NCBI RefSeq assembly: GCF_006345805.1
Contig: NC_043014.1
Location: 45,446,001-45,510,000 of the forward strand
Source of the DNA: Octopus sinensis
Lineage: Eukaryota
Length of the DNA stretch: 64,000 nt
Direction: 5' to 3'
The notes below the pieces were generated by a model. It was not told the origin of the DNA. It made no database searches and was given only the letters and a program-made list of their open reading frames with translations. The translations under genes and the position numbers were made by a program. Below, piece after piece: positions 61,411 to 64,000 of this stretch (position 1 is its first letter; each line of letters opens with the position of its first letter).

Positions 61411-61921
61411 GTCTCATTTCCTAAGGCAGTTGAGAATGTGATTTACTGGAGATTTGGTTGCTATTTCTAGCAGGTCCAGCAACAATGTTGAGGCTCCATT
61501 TCTTGTCTTCTGTGTGTGTGTTAATGTGGTGTGTATATGTGATACTGTAATGTGTGTATGTGTTATTTTGACCTGTGCATTCATATGTACTATTGAAGCT
61601 CCTATGATTATGGCTGTGGTGTGTGTATATGTGTGTGTGTGTATAACTGTGTATTATTGGTTATCCAAAGGAGCAGTCAAGCAGAAAAATCTTATTAATT
61701 AAAATAAAGGACAGGATTTATTATTCTTCATAGATGACATTTATTCCCCCCCCCCTCTGTTTAGTTGAGGAACTAAATGTTGAAGTCACTGAAGCTTTCA
61801 TAAATAAAATAGTTATTGTCGTGGTTGGCTTACCCCAAGTCAGCTGTGACCTTCCTCTGTTTTATTCAGACATTGTGCATTGTATCTAAGATGTCATTAT
61901 CTAATGTGTCATTTGTCTCAT

Positions 61922-62270
61922 GGTGAAGGTGCATGGCTCAGTGGTTAGAGCGTCGAGCTTACGATCGTGAGGTTGTGAGCTCGAATCCCGGACCGGGCTG
62001 CGTGTTGTGTTCTTGAGCAAGACACTTTATTTTACGTTGCTCCAGTTCACTCAGCTGTAGGAATGAGTTGCGACGTCACGGGTGCCAAGCTGTATCGGTC
62101 CCTTTGCCTTTCCCTTGGATAACACTGGTGGCGTGGAGAGGGGAGGCCGTTATGCATGGGCGACTGCCGGTCTTCCATAAACCACCTTGCCCAGACTTGT
62201 GACTAGGAGGGTAACTTTCTAGGTGCAATCCCATGGTTAGTGTCGTGACTGAAGGGGGTCCCGACCGACC
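61922..62270 (+). mobile_element. tRNA-derived SINE (further family)
   Basis: Head TGGCTCAGTGGTTAGAGCG...GCTCGAATCCC followed by a non-tRNA body. Confidence 0.7.
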
Positions 62271-63055
62271 CAACCATTTGTCTCATAAAGCAATAAGATA
62301 TGATTTGAGTGAGATTTAGCTGCTATTTCTAGCAGATTGAGTGACTCTTTGTAGGCTGTGTTGTTGATGTTGCTTATTCCTAGGCCAACTCTGATTGGGT
62401 AAAATCAATTGTCAAATGTATGCCAGCTGTGACCACCCTGTCTTTTATTCAGACTGTTCTAAGTTTCCATTATGCATTGTGTCTTTCCTTTTTTAAAGAC
62501 GTTAGAGTGTGATTTGAGGGATATTTAGCTGTTCTTTCTAGTAGGTCAAGAGGTTGCAAACAGGCTCCCTTGTTTAACCAGGTCAGATCTCTGAATAAAT
62601 AAAACTTATGATCAAAAGTGCTCCTACAGTGACTATGTTATCTTTTATTCAGACACAGTGTATCTAGGATTACATTATCCAATGTACACTTCATTTTCTT
62701 AAAATAGTACATTGTGCATTTAGGATGATTTTACTGCTATTTCTAGTAGGTTGAGCAACCCAGGTAGAGACTCTATCATAGGCATAAAATTTTTTTTTTA
62801 TACACCCAGGCTTATTCCCCATTTTTTTAGGAGGGGGTATCCTCAGCAAGACACACACTAGGCATTCCATTCATTTCCCAACCCAAGGAGGCTAGCCCTG
62901 TTCTATGCTTGGGTCAAGGCATAGAACGCAACCCCCAATATCAGCAGTGGAGCCCCAACAGGATACGCTGGTTTACTCCCCCGCCACATCATGCTGGTTG
63001 GTACCCCTTTGAGCAACATCAAATTCACTCATCCATCCACAAACATTCTCTAGGC

Positions 63056-63252
63056 CAGTGCTTTTCAAACTTTTTGCTGGAGCGGAACCCCAAGGAAACA
63101 TTCCACTGGCTCGAGGAACCCCTGTGCAATAATTTAATAGTCTTAAGCACACATATCTGCACTGGAAAATTAAATATTACTGCCGATTTTAGCAGTTTTG
63201 TAACTTCTTGCGGAACCCCAAGGTTCCGCGGAACCCTGGTTGAAAACCACTG
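63056..63252. mobile_element. hAT/Charlie-like MITE
   Basis: TIRs CAGTGCTTTTCAAAC / GTTGAAAACCACTG; 8-bp TSD CTCTAGGC on both sides. Confidence 0.9.
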
Positions 63253-64000
63253 CTCTAGGCTTTCCTATGGTTATAAACTCCCTTGCCTCTCTCACTCCAA
63301 CACCTCTAACCACCAAAACTTTCCTCACTCCATCCATCCATCCATCAACACAAACTAAGGTCTGCCTCTGGTTCGGCTTAAAAATACAATAGTTAATACA
63401 CATTGTGTATATTAATGTCATGGGCCTACGTTTTATTAATGCTCCCTTGCTCTGCTATAAGGAAAGGATAGGAGGGATTGTTTTGGGAAGAGAAAGGAAG
63501 TGAGTCATAAGTTTTTTTTTAATCCTTTTAATTGTTGGACATGAAGGAAAATGTTGTTGTTGTTGTTTAACCTCAGGTTAGTCCTTACTAAGTAGATCTA
63601 TAATCAAAAGTGTTCCAGCTATGACTAGCCTCTCCTACCCTCAGGCTTTGTTTATCTCTCTCTTTTACTCTTTACTCTTTTATTTGTTTCTGAGTTCAAA
63701 TTTCACCAAAGTTGACTTCAACTTTCCTACTCTCGGCATCAATAAAATAAGTACCCAGTGAAGAACTTGGGTCGATGATGTAACTGACTGAAACCCTCCC
63801 CACAAAACCCCACCGGCCTTGTGCCAAAATTTAAATCAATTATTAAGTTAAGTCATGTTGCCAAAGACTGTGTCTTCATTTTATGAAAGACATTTGTGTT
63901 ACATTCACAAACTAACCTTTTATGAATTTTCTGACCGCTACATCTCATAGAATAATTAGAAAATTGTTTTTTTTTTTCTGTGTGTTTATTGATAAAAGAT

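Overview
AT-rich, microsatellite-dense animal genomic DNA. From recall of its SINE families it is most consistent with an octopus (cephalopod) genome; this was not verified by a search. Most of the window is transposon-derived: several tRNA-headed SINE families, 5'-truncated RTE, CR1/L2, L1/Tx1 and R4/Dong-like LINEs, Penelope-like elements (PLE), non-autonomous Helitrons, and mariner, Tc2-like, hAT and piggyBac-like MITEs. One solid coding exon is present: a 484-codon, S/T/P-rich terminal exon on the minus strand (37747-39198) with no recognisable domain. A CRE/NRF1/ETS-rich promoter-like segment with a splice donor lies at ~12.5-12.7 kb, and a hand-assembled chain of small plus-strand exons ends at ~37.06 kb, converging on the minus gene. 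The most notable hidden structure is a set of seven minimal type-I hammerhead ribozyme motifs in four families. They include a tRNA-headed, hammerhead-tailed SINE-like element in a head-to-head palindrome and an inverted PLE 3' end. Also notable: head-(body)n SINE concatemers, one bounded by a single TSD; a SINE tail shared with an L1/Tx1 LINE; and minisatellites born from SINE or LINE modules. Family names are from motif recognition, and most repeat boundaries are approximate.
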